NCBI GenBank assembly: GCA_973895155.1
Contig: OZ316894.1
Location: 4,488,944 to 4,552,943 of the forward strand
Direction: 5' to 3'
Source: Marsupella aquatica
Taxonomy: Eukaryota > Plantae > Marchantiophyta
Length of the DNA stretch: 64,000 nucleotides
The notes under the pieces were generated by a model, which saw only the letters and a list, made by a program, of their open reading frames with translations, made no database searches and was not told the DNA's origin. Positions 10,000 through 21,981 of this stretch are shown here, piece by piece. Positions within the stretch are counted from its first letter, which is position 1, and the number at the start of each line of letters is the position of its first letter. The position numbers and the translations under genes were made by a program.

Positions 10000-12900
10000 T
10001 CATGAGGTCGTCGTCGGTATTCTTACAAATGAGCTAACATTGTCTGCAGAGTCCGTGTCGGTTTCCTCACACTCGTCCTTATTTCCATCTCGTTCACTAT
10101 AACATGCAACTCCAATCCAATCCGGAAGAGTCGCTGAATACCTCTCCCAAATCAGACACAACGATTGATCTCCAATACTGAAGGGATGACATCCAGAGGT
10201 CGCACAGGCTCCACAAGCACGAACACACATTTCTGGGAACAGCACTGTGGCCAACTTGCTGTTCAGCACATCCCTGATTTCTCCTCCTGTTCCTCTATGA
10301 AACGCTATCTTCCTTGCCTCCTCCCAGTCCTCCCACTTGACAAGGTATTTTATCTGCCCTGCAGAGTATTTCCCGCAACACTCCAAGAAGCATTCCACTA
10401 TGCTCCATGAATCCGTCGATACTAAATCAAGTTTGGGAGACTCCAGTGGTGTGGATGCCTGGCCTTCAGACGTGGAGCACCCTCCCTCCACTGACGACAC
10501 CTCGCCCACCGGGTGCGGCATTAGTTGCAGGCTCCCACACCTATATATAAAGAGATCACGCAAGGAAGGTGGCAAGGGACTCCAAGATTCTGGCAACCGA
10601 GCCAACTGAGGAAGGTCATCTAGAGTTAAGTGACAGAGCTTGCATAGCTTGTCCAAGCTCTCGGGTAGCTTTCGAAGTCTCTTACACCCTCTTATGAGGA
10701 GTGCTTCTAGACTTGTCAAGTTCCCCAAGTCAGAAGGGATCACCAATGGGAGATCAAAGTCTGCCAATTCCAAGGTATTGAGCGATGACAAGTCCTGCAA
10801 TGCACTGAACAGAGTCGGAAGAGAACATTGCGCGTAACCTCTGCCATTCAAGCATAGGGTAGTGATTGCCTGAAAAGCAGGTGATTGAGATGGAAACATG
10901 TGAACTCCTGATTGTGGTCGCCCATCTCCCGGATCCAGAGCGCTCTCATCTCCTCGGTCTCCAACCTCCTCTGATTCCAGGAAAAACGCAGAAGCGTCGG
11001 ATGGTACCACTGGCAGGACAAGATGGTCGAGACTTGACAACCTTCCAAAGGACCGTGGGAATCCCCGCCACTTGGTCGAAGTGACAAGAAAAGTACTTAA
11101 TGCAACCAGATCTCCGATATTTCTTGGAACGGTCGTTAGTTTCGTTTCCTGCAAAGACAAGTGGCGTAGAGAATGAAGCCTACAGATGGAATCTGGGAGT
11201 TTCTCCATAGGAGTGACGTTCAGGTGCAGGCGAACTAAACTTTGGAGTTGACCTATGCTTTCCGGCAACGAGCACAACTGCGTTGCGCTAAGATCGAGGA
11301 CTTCCAAACTTTTGAGATCACTGAATGACTCTGGCAGGGTAGTCACTTTTGTGCCCTGAAGCTCAAGCTTCCGTAACATCTGAAGGCGACATAGCCCTAG
11401 AGGAACTTGCTTCAGCAGAGTGCCGCCAAGTTGCAAGGACGTGAGTCTCTTCAACTTCCCAAGCTCCATTGGTAGCCTACTCATCCCTGTCCCGTTCAAC
11501 CCCAAGTACTCCAGACGGTTGGATAGTCCGAATGGCAGCTCCGCCAACAATTTGCAACCTTCAAGCTCTAACCACGTGAGCTTTCGTGCTTGCACAACAT
11601 CAGGCGGGAGGGACCTCATCGATTTACAACATATAAACTCCAGAGCTACTAGATTCTCCAAATGGGTGAAATCCACAGGGCAAGCAACAAACAGGCCATT
11701 TTTCCACCTCATATACACCAAAGATCTCGGCAATTCCAGTCTCACCCCTTGTGTACTCACGTCTTGGAGTATCAAGTATTCAAGACGAATATAGTTCCGG
11801 AAGGTGTTCCTTCGAAGTGTAACCAATTCATTCTGCAAGGGATGAAGGAAAAGAGCCGAAGTCTCCACAATCCCCTGCACGACCCATGCGGTTTACGCTT
11901 GAGCGATTGTACCATCGAGTATCGTCTAGAGCAGAGGAAGGTCTACTAGCATTACCATGTTTTTCAAATTTCCAAGGGAGTGGACTTGTAAAGTTCTACA
12001 TTGTCACAAACGGGCCCATTTGGTTAGTAGAGTCCAATTACCTCATGATTAGTTACCAACTTGCTCGCAGTAGACGACTCAGATATCCTTAGCCATTTGT
12101 CGATGCCAACGCCATCCGGACATGCAATCCTCTTCCCAAGATTTATCAGATGTTGGTGCATCCATACGTGACCACTGTCCTCATATACGAAAAATTGCTC
12201 CTCCAGATTCTGCAATGCTAAGTGGGACGTTCTTCGACACGCCTTCCAGATGCATTTCAACAAGGACAATGGAAACCCATGAAAAATTGTGGCAATGTCC
12301 AGAAAAATCTGTCTCTCAGAAGCTTGGAGACCTTCATAGCAAAGCCTCAACTTGGCCCAGAGTTTCTCATCATGACCAGCATTAATTTCTTCAGCTTCGT
12401 CTAGCCTGGTCACTAGATCGTCCCAGAGTTCCCTGTCAGAAAAGTCCCGCTTACTAATGCAAGCCCCCAAGATCTTGAGAAAAAGAGGGTAATTACCACA
12501 CTTCAATATGGCTTGCTGGATATACTCCTTCAAATCCTCTGGTCCATCTCTATCCCCAAAAGCATAATGACAAAACAAATCTTTTGATTCATCAGCACTC
12601 AAGAATGGCACCTTGAAAGTATTCTGTGGGCTCCTCAGCCAGGGAGTTGTCGTTGCTATACTGGAGGGATTTGTTGTCGTCACAATTATTTTACTAGAAT
12701 TCTTTTGTAGCCAGGTTGAAAGGCACAAGGCATCTAGCTGGTCCTGTGAGTCCACGTTATCCAGGACCATTAGAACCTTTGTATTGCAAAAACGATGAAT
12801 CATGTGCGACCTATTTATTGTGGACCCTCTGTCGGCTTCTCCTAGTTCTTCTCGAATCGTTTTCCATATATATTGTCCTGGGCTTGCAGTTGCTTCAATA

Positions 12901-14739
12901 CTGTCCAGCGATACAAAGCAACTAACTTCGTAGTTGTGCCGTATCTTGTGGAAGACGTGTTGAGCTAACGCTGTTTTCCCAGAACCACTTAAACCAGCTA
13001 TGAAGATTGTTCTTGTCTCTCCTTGGGCCAACATCCTTTGCACATCTTCCGCACGACCTTCTCTGTCAACATAATACGGTAATTGAGCATTGATGTCATC
13101 CCCGGCTCCTCTCTGAAGTAACCCATCGTCTTGTATCTGGACTCTCCAATTTTAGGACCAGCCAATGAAATATTACTTACAGCTCAACAAGATAGAGAAC
13201 ATAATTCCTTTCATCAAAGGAAAGTATTTAGTCCATGGCTGGTTCAGAAGGGATCACAACCAAAGTAACCTTATGTACTGTTTGCTACAAGCATGCATGT
13301 GCTACACATTTTTATTCAGGAACGTTGACATAATCTTACCTTTCTCAAAAACTCACAGAGACGTTGGAATGCACTGTCAGTTTTCCCCTTTGGTTTGCAG
13401 ATGTCATGATGATCTCCCGGAGCAGAATAGTATCCATCCATGTATGCCCTTGTGGAGGCTTCACAACCCACATGGATATACTTTCCTATGCATTGCTGCG
13501 CGAGAAAACACATCATGACAATGGACAATAAGCAGACACTAAAAACGTGTGTCTGAGTGATATTTTGGCACATCCCGAGGGTAAGAGCTGGGGGATCCCG
13601 ATGTCCTCTCGAGGATAATAAGCATAACACTAAGTACAAATCATATCAGCACCTCAAAATCCACAACCATGACCATGACCGCACAGTACTGTCTGATGAA
13701 GATATCTTTACATCAAATATAGCAGACAATATATGAATCACCGCTCAAAATACGACGACAAACAGTAATTGGAGCAACCGATAAAACGGTAAATAGATAG
13801 AGCTTACCACATATGTTTCTCTTGATTCACCTATTCCATAAGTCAACCATTTCTTCTCCGACTTTAATTCCATGAACGACTCATTTCTTCTTGTGCTAGA
13901 CGCCTTGAGACTCTCTATCTCTTCTGACAGTGCACCGACACCTTTAAAACAATCGTGTAACATGTCGCCAAGCACTGACCCAGTGTGGGGAGTCCCGTAG
14001 AAGAACATTCCTTTCAGATTTGAAAAGAAAGCTTCAGCACGGTGTGCTCTAGGCTTTCCTGTGTTTCTACGACAAGCGTTCTCCGCAAGCAAACAAATTT
14101 CTTTCAACACCAAACCTCCTAGGCAATGGCCCACGAGTACCACTGGGCATCCTGCCTGTCCAAGACCAACCTCATCCGCAGTCAGGTCAGCTACCAAATT
14201 CTCCCCTGTTTGGTACATGTCCATCCTCCCAGAGGCCACAGTTTTTGTGGCAGAAGAATCATACGAGACTGTGAAAATGCGAGCTTTGGGGAAGAATTCC
14301 ACCAGCCATGTTTGCAGCCAACATTCAGAGTAATCTCTGGTCATCCACGTTGTAGCGTAAGGCTGTGTGCAATGGTCGAATTGAAGACCATGAAAGAAAA
14401 CGACTTCTAGTTCTGGCGTTTCTTCCGGAGGAGGTTGGTACACACGGTACACCATGTCGTTGAGCTGCAGAAAGCACACATGCGAAAATTAGTCTTACGA
14501 TGAAGATAGTTCATCCACGAGACACTAAACAGGAACTTCAATGGCAACTTCGACAGACCCTGCTTGCTTGTGAATGCTACAAATTCAATCCAAGACCTGT
14601 CTACATAGCATCAGGATGTTTAACAAACCTTGGTGAGCTTGGGCATAACAAATTGGGGACTCGGAGGTTCCACAACGGACGATTTCTCTTGGACCTTGTT
14701 CCATACACTGAAGAGGGAAGATAACGGAGATTCAGCCAT
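10000..14739 (-). CDS. alpha/beta-hydrolase-NB-ARC-LRR immune receptor (HNL copy 1), ~1297 aa
   Basis: Exons 14629-14739, 13808-14464, 13340-13495, 12042-13136 and 10000-11874, all GT-AG and phase 0. Hydrolase motifs VFFHG, GHCLGG, FYGTPHTG, DHHDICKP; P-loop GLSGSGKT, Walker B VLDNV, FLDIA, MHQ; plant-type LRRs. Confidence 0.9.
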
Positions 14740-15879
14740 GTTTGAAGTAGAACGAAGAAAATAGTCCCGAACAACTCCACCCGGCAGTGGTTCACGAAGC
14801 AACAAATTGCTGCAATCGCAAGGGTGCAGGACCCTCGAATTAGGGACCCTGTAATTGGCTACGAAGCAGCACCTGAAGCTTTGCAAACGAAGGGGCTCTT
14901 CAGCAGGACTCTCAAAGGCTCTGATATTGATTAAGCCCTTGTTACAGACAACAGAGCATATCAGAATGGGAAGCAGCGTCTGGGATCCAGGTACTCATGT
15001 CTTTGATTGGAAGAAGTTCTGCGATCCTGGAATACGGTCCATGTACGTCCATTCAGTGTCGTGATCAGATTTGATTGAAGAAAGGTTGGAGGGTTGTCAA
15101 CAGTGGGCACACTTAGTTGTGGGGCAGGAGGCTGCCACATGCTGTAGTGCAGGCATGGAGACTGTTTGTGGGTTCTGTGAACTTGGAGATTATCTAGAAG
15201 AGGATCTTCTGCTACTATTGATTCTACTCAAAGTCCGGGAGTAGATGAAACACAAATAAGACTCGATCTGCCGTATGCCTTGCGACACGTAGACTATTTT
15301 AGCTTGTACGAGAATCAGGTCAGCAAATTGTATTGATATGAGGCGGTACAAAGAAAAGCTACAGCCAGAATGCAAGCAATGAAATAGGGCTATCTCCGAA
15401 GCTGGTTTCTCACGAGGGTACCTTGAACTCAGAGAGCTTCAGTGTGGCAGACTACACAGGAATCTCGATGAAAAGGAAAGCCAAATTTTCCAATTGAATC
15501 CATTTGGTGAAGGTGCCCACCCCCAGCTGAGTCGCACTGTCGCAGAGATGGAAATCGTGACACGACCTCGAGGCTGATTTTCGCGCAGTACTGTTTCGTT
15601 TGCAACACGTTTTTGCCTTTTCCTTCCCCTTTGCAAAACTGAAAAGAAGTAGAAAGCTGGTCCTCGGACTCGGGCAGAACGGCACCCTCATGAGGGTGCG
15701 GAGCAGTAGGGTATGAAAAACTCTTCTGAGCTTGTGAGCGATAGACTGGAAGGGGCTTTGGGGATTCCATTTTGGACCACCTGCTTGCTTTTTTTCGTAA
15801 GGTTTCCGGTGTTGCCTGCCACGCGTTTCGTTAGTCTTTGTGTGCCCCACCGCCAAGGACTTGGTTCTTGCCTGCTCTC

Positions 15880-15935
15880 AGTCGGTCATTTAAATATCAA
15901 GAGGCTGGACCAAGTCAGTGGAACGCGTTGACACC
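15880..15935 (-). promoter_or_regulatory. Putative core promoter of HNL copy 1 (TATTTAA box, ACGCGT element)
   Basis: GGTCATTTAAATATC is conserved upstream of all three copies (~15884, ~29621, ~48844). ACGCGT is present in copies 1 and 2. Confidence 0.4.
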
Positions 15936-16399
15936 TTTGATGATTTATGGCTGGATACACATGTAATCCTGCTGTGATGCTGACTCATATTTATGTACAT
16001 TCTTGTGGGAACTGTTCGTAAGAACATACTACAGAGTGCTACGTCCACGACTTCGCTCTGAAGTAATTGATCGAGAACTGGGGAAAGAGTAAAGACGCAG
16101 CTCCTGATATTCTTCCATGAGTACCCTTTTGTAGCAACATCTGTGGGATGACATGTCTACAATTTGTGTGGTAACCGTTACCACAGAGCTGATCATATTG
16201 TCTCACGTGGATTGTCGTGCTTCCAGTGTGACACGCTGTAGATGTGGATGCGAGTATGATTTTCTGCTCATGTTCCAATTCTCCAGACCGCATTCTTCCA
16301 AGGCTTCTTAGACGAGACTTCTGTCAGTTTGGGATTGAAAACCTTAGCTGTTTATGCTCCTAGATTGTATTCAGCTCTGCTAGCCTGAATGACTTGGCT

Positions 16400-18020
16400 G
16401 CGCGGCTTACGTTATGGTAGGTATCTTCTAATTCAAAATTTGGATATCTCTCTATGGCCCTTCCTGGGAGCTTTTCTGCAGGGTCCCCCAAGGAAGTGAC
16501 AGTCGCAGGAGATAAAGGCGCCAAAGCAAAGTACTGTCCAGATGATGCGTATCAGTTGTACGTGAGCTTCAAACGGCTGAAATCATAGCTGTCGGCATGT
16601 CCCGAATGGCTGCGTTTTGTGACTGTGAATCGTGTTATTTTGGTGCAGCACCATGGCCAGGATAGATTCGCCATATTTGCGAAGCCATAGCTGAGATAGA
16701 GAAGGGACGCGGTTTGGAGGGGCAATTGCCTTCTTGAATTAACTTTAGATCCCGCCACACCATAGACGAGAAGAAACGAGAGGCGCAGAGATTGTGTTGA
16801 TTGAAGGGACCTTACAGGACAAATTAACCCTTATGAAAGGATGATACGACCATCTCCATACGGAACCTTCAGTTCTATAACCAGTTGACTGGCAAGCTTT
16901 CCGAAGTGGATTCCATGAAAGAGCTGAGGATACTTAAACCGAACATCAAAAGCCGGTGCTCCCGAGAATAAATCTACAACGGATCGTTGGAGAGGTTAGA
17001 AGAAGAGTGAATATCAAAGCCGAGACACCCAAAATGTCCAAGAGCCCCGGCTTGTCATGAAAAACAATTGCCTAGAAGGGGAGATGTGCCCTCGTTCCGC
17101 ATGGATTCTCTGCGAGCCTTGCGTGCCTCCAAATTTTGTGAAGCTAATACCAAAGTGTCGTTGAAGGATTGACGATGCCAATTTGTATTGGGAAACAACG
17201 CAGTAATAATACGTAACAAGGAAGTGGACGACAGACAAAGAAATTAGAAACTTTCTGCGAAGACAGGAGGTGAGAAACGTCTGACTGCATCATGTTTTTA
17301 AACAGCGCCAGGAATGAGGAGGCGAGTCGTGGCTGGGCAAAACTCGCTGTAAAGTCAAGATGCAGAGTATGCTGAAGTGAAGATGCAAGTCAAGATGGAG
17401 AGTGTGCTGAAATGAAGATGCAGAGCTGAGTTGTGATTGAATAATGCGAGGCCCGATGATGATGAATGCAGCCATTAGGTAAGGTGATGTATGATAGGCG
17501 AAATCGCCGAAGAATTCCAAACTAAGTCTCAAATTCCAATCCCGTACGGAGTGCTGTCTGAAAAGAGTTGTAAAGTCAAGGTACGTCCGACTGATTTGTT
17601 GATGAAGAACCAATTGCTGCCAAAGCGTTGAAATGGTGTGCCTGGGACTATGATTTGTACAAAGTTGACGATGGCAGTGAAGTATCGTCATAGAAGGAAA
17701 CAACCAACTTAAAAAAACCTTGCAAATAAACTCTCGGCCAAGGAGGCATACTGTAATTCGAGAATTTGTTTTGTGAAACCAAGTGAGTAATATATAGCTG
17801 ACTACCATGGAGCAGAAAACCTAATTGAGACTGAACAATCCTTGTCGCAGCTTCAGGTAGATAACTAGCATTCATATGGCGTAATACCGCTGTCAATTTT
17901 GTATTTACAATCTCAGAGGTACTACTAAGGAGGATGAGTTCCCTTGGCAGAAGGGAAGTTGGAGCTAAACGAACCGTTACATCAAATCTCTCGGCAGTAT
18001 GTAGTCTGCTCAAACTGCAG
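16400..18020 (-). pseudogene. Heavily degraded alpha/beta-hydrolase relic, apparently two successive domains
   Basis: FLLHG...WPRVYLQGFF..VVSFYD (17830-17680) and LEFFGDFAYHTSP (~17500), then a second LFHGIHFG (~16910) and QTASLLYLSYG (~16700). These echo the HNL motifs VFFHG / WLQTWL / IFTVSYD / GMFFYGTPH. Confidence 0.5.
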
Positions 18021-21000
18021 GCTGAGAACCTAGATAATGGTGAAGGGACACGAAGAGCATCCCGACTGTCCTAAGAATCAGCTGCAGAAGCTGACGGGTA
18101 CCTGAATGAAGTAGCCGGTATCGATGTAGTCAGCCGTGCAGAATGATGATGAAGCTCTGAGGTGAACGACGATGAGAGGGAAGACAACACAGGAAAAGAA
18201 GACCTGAAGCAAAGGCCAAAGCAGGATGAACAGGTGAACGTAATAACACAGAAGAGGAGGAATGAGAGTCAATGAAATAACCAATGAAATAGTGAAGTAT
18301 GACGACACATAAAGGTAGGAAGATAATAAACTGGAGGAAACTTAGTGCCCTGCCCATATTTTTAGTTTTGTATTTAAAACTGAAGTTGTGTGACATGATG
18401 TTTTGGGGAATATGCAGATCACTAGCTCATCACATGGATCATTGGCTCATCACACTAGTGGAATGGTACCTATTTATTTTTTCTCTTTCTAGGATTGTGG
18501 GGTTTGCATTTGTCCCCTTCTTTTGAGTTAACTTGGAATTTGTCTTCTCTGAGCCTCTTATGCTTTTATGCCATTGTACTTTGTTTGGCCCTTTTCAATA
18601 AATTGGTCCTTTTCCTCTTCCTGGGCAGATGTGCAAACAAGCAAACTTTGAGATGTATGACCCAGCACTTTGCCAAAATTTTACCTCATTGAAAAGTCTT
18701 TGCCACTTTTGGAGAGAATTTGCCAGGTTTTTCGTTTTTGATTGAGCAATTTCTCACTAGCCACAAACGTCATCAGCCACAGTCCAATTGTTATCCCTAA
18801 ATCCAAGGAGATGTAAAGGTCTCAAATTAATCTAGGAAAATCAAATAAGGAAGTCTTAGCACCTTTTCCTCTGCACAACTCACATTTGCTGCTATGCAAA
18901 AAAGGGGAAAATGTTAAAACTTACCCTCGTATGAGTCTGTAACCTTCCAATCAAAATAAAAAGAACCCGAGCTGGGCACCGAGCACCCTCATGTCCTCTC
19001 ACTAGGATAATGTCCCCTGGAAACCACCTCTAGCAGCCCTGCCCTCCGGATTTCCCAACCCAAAAGTGGCCTCTTGAATGACCTATTCTAGCTTTTGTCA
19101 AATCAAATGAGTATATTCGAGGAAAACCGAGGGCTGAGAAAGCCCAAGGAGCCTACTCCTCCTTATGTAAATCCCCCTTTAACCCTAGGGGTGGTTTGGT
19201 GTGAAGGATATTAAGTTTAGATGTTGTGAGTGTTTCATTCCAGGGAACCTTTTCTCTGTAAATCCTACACATAGATGCCCAGATGGACCCAGCTCATGAA
19301 CTGTCCAACCCCCATAGACCTTGACACCTTCAGTTGCTGACACCCTTCCCTTTTATGTACTTTACCACCAAGTTCCTACCTTGAATTTCTCCAATGCTAT
19401 GCAGCCAAATCAGTTGTTCTCGCCTGGCCTAGTTCCAAGCCATTCGGAAAGAGCTTTCCAACACTCAGGTCTAATATTGCCAACTTTCTCTCTTGTTTCC
19501 ATGTTACATCTCATCATTAAAGTAGAGGAGAGTCTTGGCATTGGAATCAACAAGTTTAGAAAGGGCCTCGCCTCGTGTTGGTTCATATACTTAGTTTCTT
19601 ATCCAAAATCCCGGTCTACAAATTGCATTCATTCTTAGGGTTTGACTTCTGGCAATGTCCAGATCTAGAGCTGCCTATGAATCCATGTGGGAATGGATAA
19701 TCCCTTGCCCGATAATTTATGTATGCAATCTCAAGAGCTGAATTTTTGCAAATGATTGTCACTGGCAACCCAAACAGCCAGGAATTAGAAAATCCATCTG
19801 AACAACTCGCTACTAGATGTTATCATTACTAGCTCAATACCCGTGTGTTGCACAAAAGATGCCATGTCGGCCAAGAGGTTGTTGAGAAAAAAAATGTTGT
19901 GTCGGCCAAGAGAGCGTTAAGAAAAAGGATGTTGTGCCAGCCAAGATGTCGCTGAGAAAAAAGATGTTGTGTCTGCCAGGAAGTCGTTGAGAAAAGGTGT
20001 GGCCAAGATGTCCTTCAGGAAAAAGATATTGTGTCGGCCAATATGTCGTTGAAAACAAGATATCGTGTTGCCCAAGACATCATTGAGAAAAAAAATATTG
20101 TGTTGCCCAAGGTTTTCTTAAGAAAAAATGTTGTGAAGAAAACCCGTGCGTTGCACAAAAGATGTCGTTATAAAAGTCGAGTTGCCAAAGATGTCGTGAA
20201 GTAAAAAGATTTTGTGTCGCCAATGATGACGCAAAGTAAAAAGATGGCGTTAAAAAAAAAACCGTGGAGTAAAAAGATGTTGTTCAGAAAAAACCGGGGT
20301 CGTGTCTCCAAAGATGTCATGGAGTAATTAATTCGTGGACCCCCATGTTATTTTAGAGGCGGTTATCTAGAAACTGAAGCCTAGATAGATCTCCAAATCT
20401 GAAAAAAAAGATTCAAAAATGAACAAGTCAATGTTTGACACTTGAAACAGTTGTCAAACTTACCAAGGCAATCACAATTAACATCAATCACAAAACCAAA
20501 TGCAATGTGAACTACTAATCACTTTTCAATTCCTACACGCAAATAGACTAAGAGAGAGAAGTTTATCGGTGTCATCAAATTACTAACCTTGCATAATTGT
20601 TTAAGACAAAAAGTTTCATGGAAACAAATCTTCAATTGTGGGATTCGGAATGGATCTAAAGCTAGAGAAATTTAGAAACTCATGACCACTTCAGTACTTG
20701 ATAAAATTTTCCAATGTCACACTCATTGGAAAGGTAGAGAACATTGGAAACTTAGAATCTCCTCAGAACTCAACTAAATCTATCAATGTTAACTTCATTA
20801 AAAAGTTAAAGAAATTCTAAAATTCATGATCTCCTTAGTACTTGATAAAATCTGTTAACTTTAGGTTCATTCTCATGGAAAGGGTCAACATTTCAGGTGT
20901 TGTGCAACAAAAATTTCTATTCGCGTTAGAGATTACGAAATCACGGGAAAAATCTATTTTTCAAATTACTTACTCAATTGTTATCGAATGGTGACAATGC

Positions 21001-21981
21001 TAAGCTCATCAGGACCGTCTCTTCAAGATCTTTCCAACGCCATATGATACGTGAGTTTTCATTATGATTTGACTCAACAATGTCAAATTGAAGGTTGTTG
21101 TCAGGAAAATTTTATGTTTTGAATAAAATCAAAATGGAAATAAAACTGTTATTGGGAGCAACTTTACCTCAATTTTTTGTCTTTTGATTTGCATGTCAGG
21201 TTATTTTTACATTCTTTTTTACGGCATGGCGTCCCAGTTTTTACAGCAAAGTTGTCACAAACACGAATGTAGAAGTTAATTTTATCCAAAAACAAGTCCC
21301 TTCCTGTTTGTGGCATGCCATGATGATGTGGCGCGCTGTGGAGCCAGGAATTTTGGAAAGGACCTCTAATGGGGGTCCGTAAAAAAATATTTTCAAGTAA
21401 AAAGATGTCATTATGTGAAAGATATTGCCAAGTAAAAAGATGTTGGGGTGCCAAAGATGTTGTTATGTCAAAGATATCGTCAAGTAAAACAAAATCGTGT
21501 TGCCAAAGCTGTCGTCAAGTAAAAAATGTCATTAGTCATAGATATTGTGAAGTAAAACATGTTGTTGCATTAAATATCGCTAAGGAAAAGATGTGCAAAA
21601 AATATCAATAAATTTCTTGCTCAAAAGATGTCATTAAGTAAAAAATATTATTGCCCAAAACATGTCTAAGTAATAAAAGATATAATTGTCCAAAAAATGT
21701 TATCTAGTAAAAGATGTCATGGAGCAACAAATGAGTGACAACAACCACAAAGTATCACTAGTTAAAAATTATTTTTGTCTTTGTATTTTTCATTTTTTTG
21801 ATCCCACACCCCACCCCCACTCTTTTACCGCTTTTGTATTATTTTTTGGTTTTGATGTTTTCTATTAGAGTATGTAATATTTGTAATCAATTAAACTCTT
21901 CTTATGACATAGATTATCATGGGGTATAATACTATATGTAGATGATACATAAAGTACTATACATAGATGGTCCATAAAGTA

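Noticed and set aside
13496-13700. Conserved block in HNL intron 2 as an extra exon
   Set aside because: The open frame differs between copies 1 and 3, and recent duplication can explain the similarity.
13745-13807. Intron-retained hydrophobic tail (LPFYRLLQLLFVVVF) as a membrane-anchored hydrolase isoform
   Set aside because: It reads into a T-rich intron, copy 3 stops earlier, and the isoform would lack the catalytic His exon.
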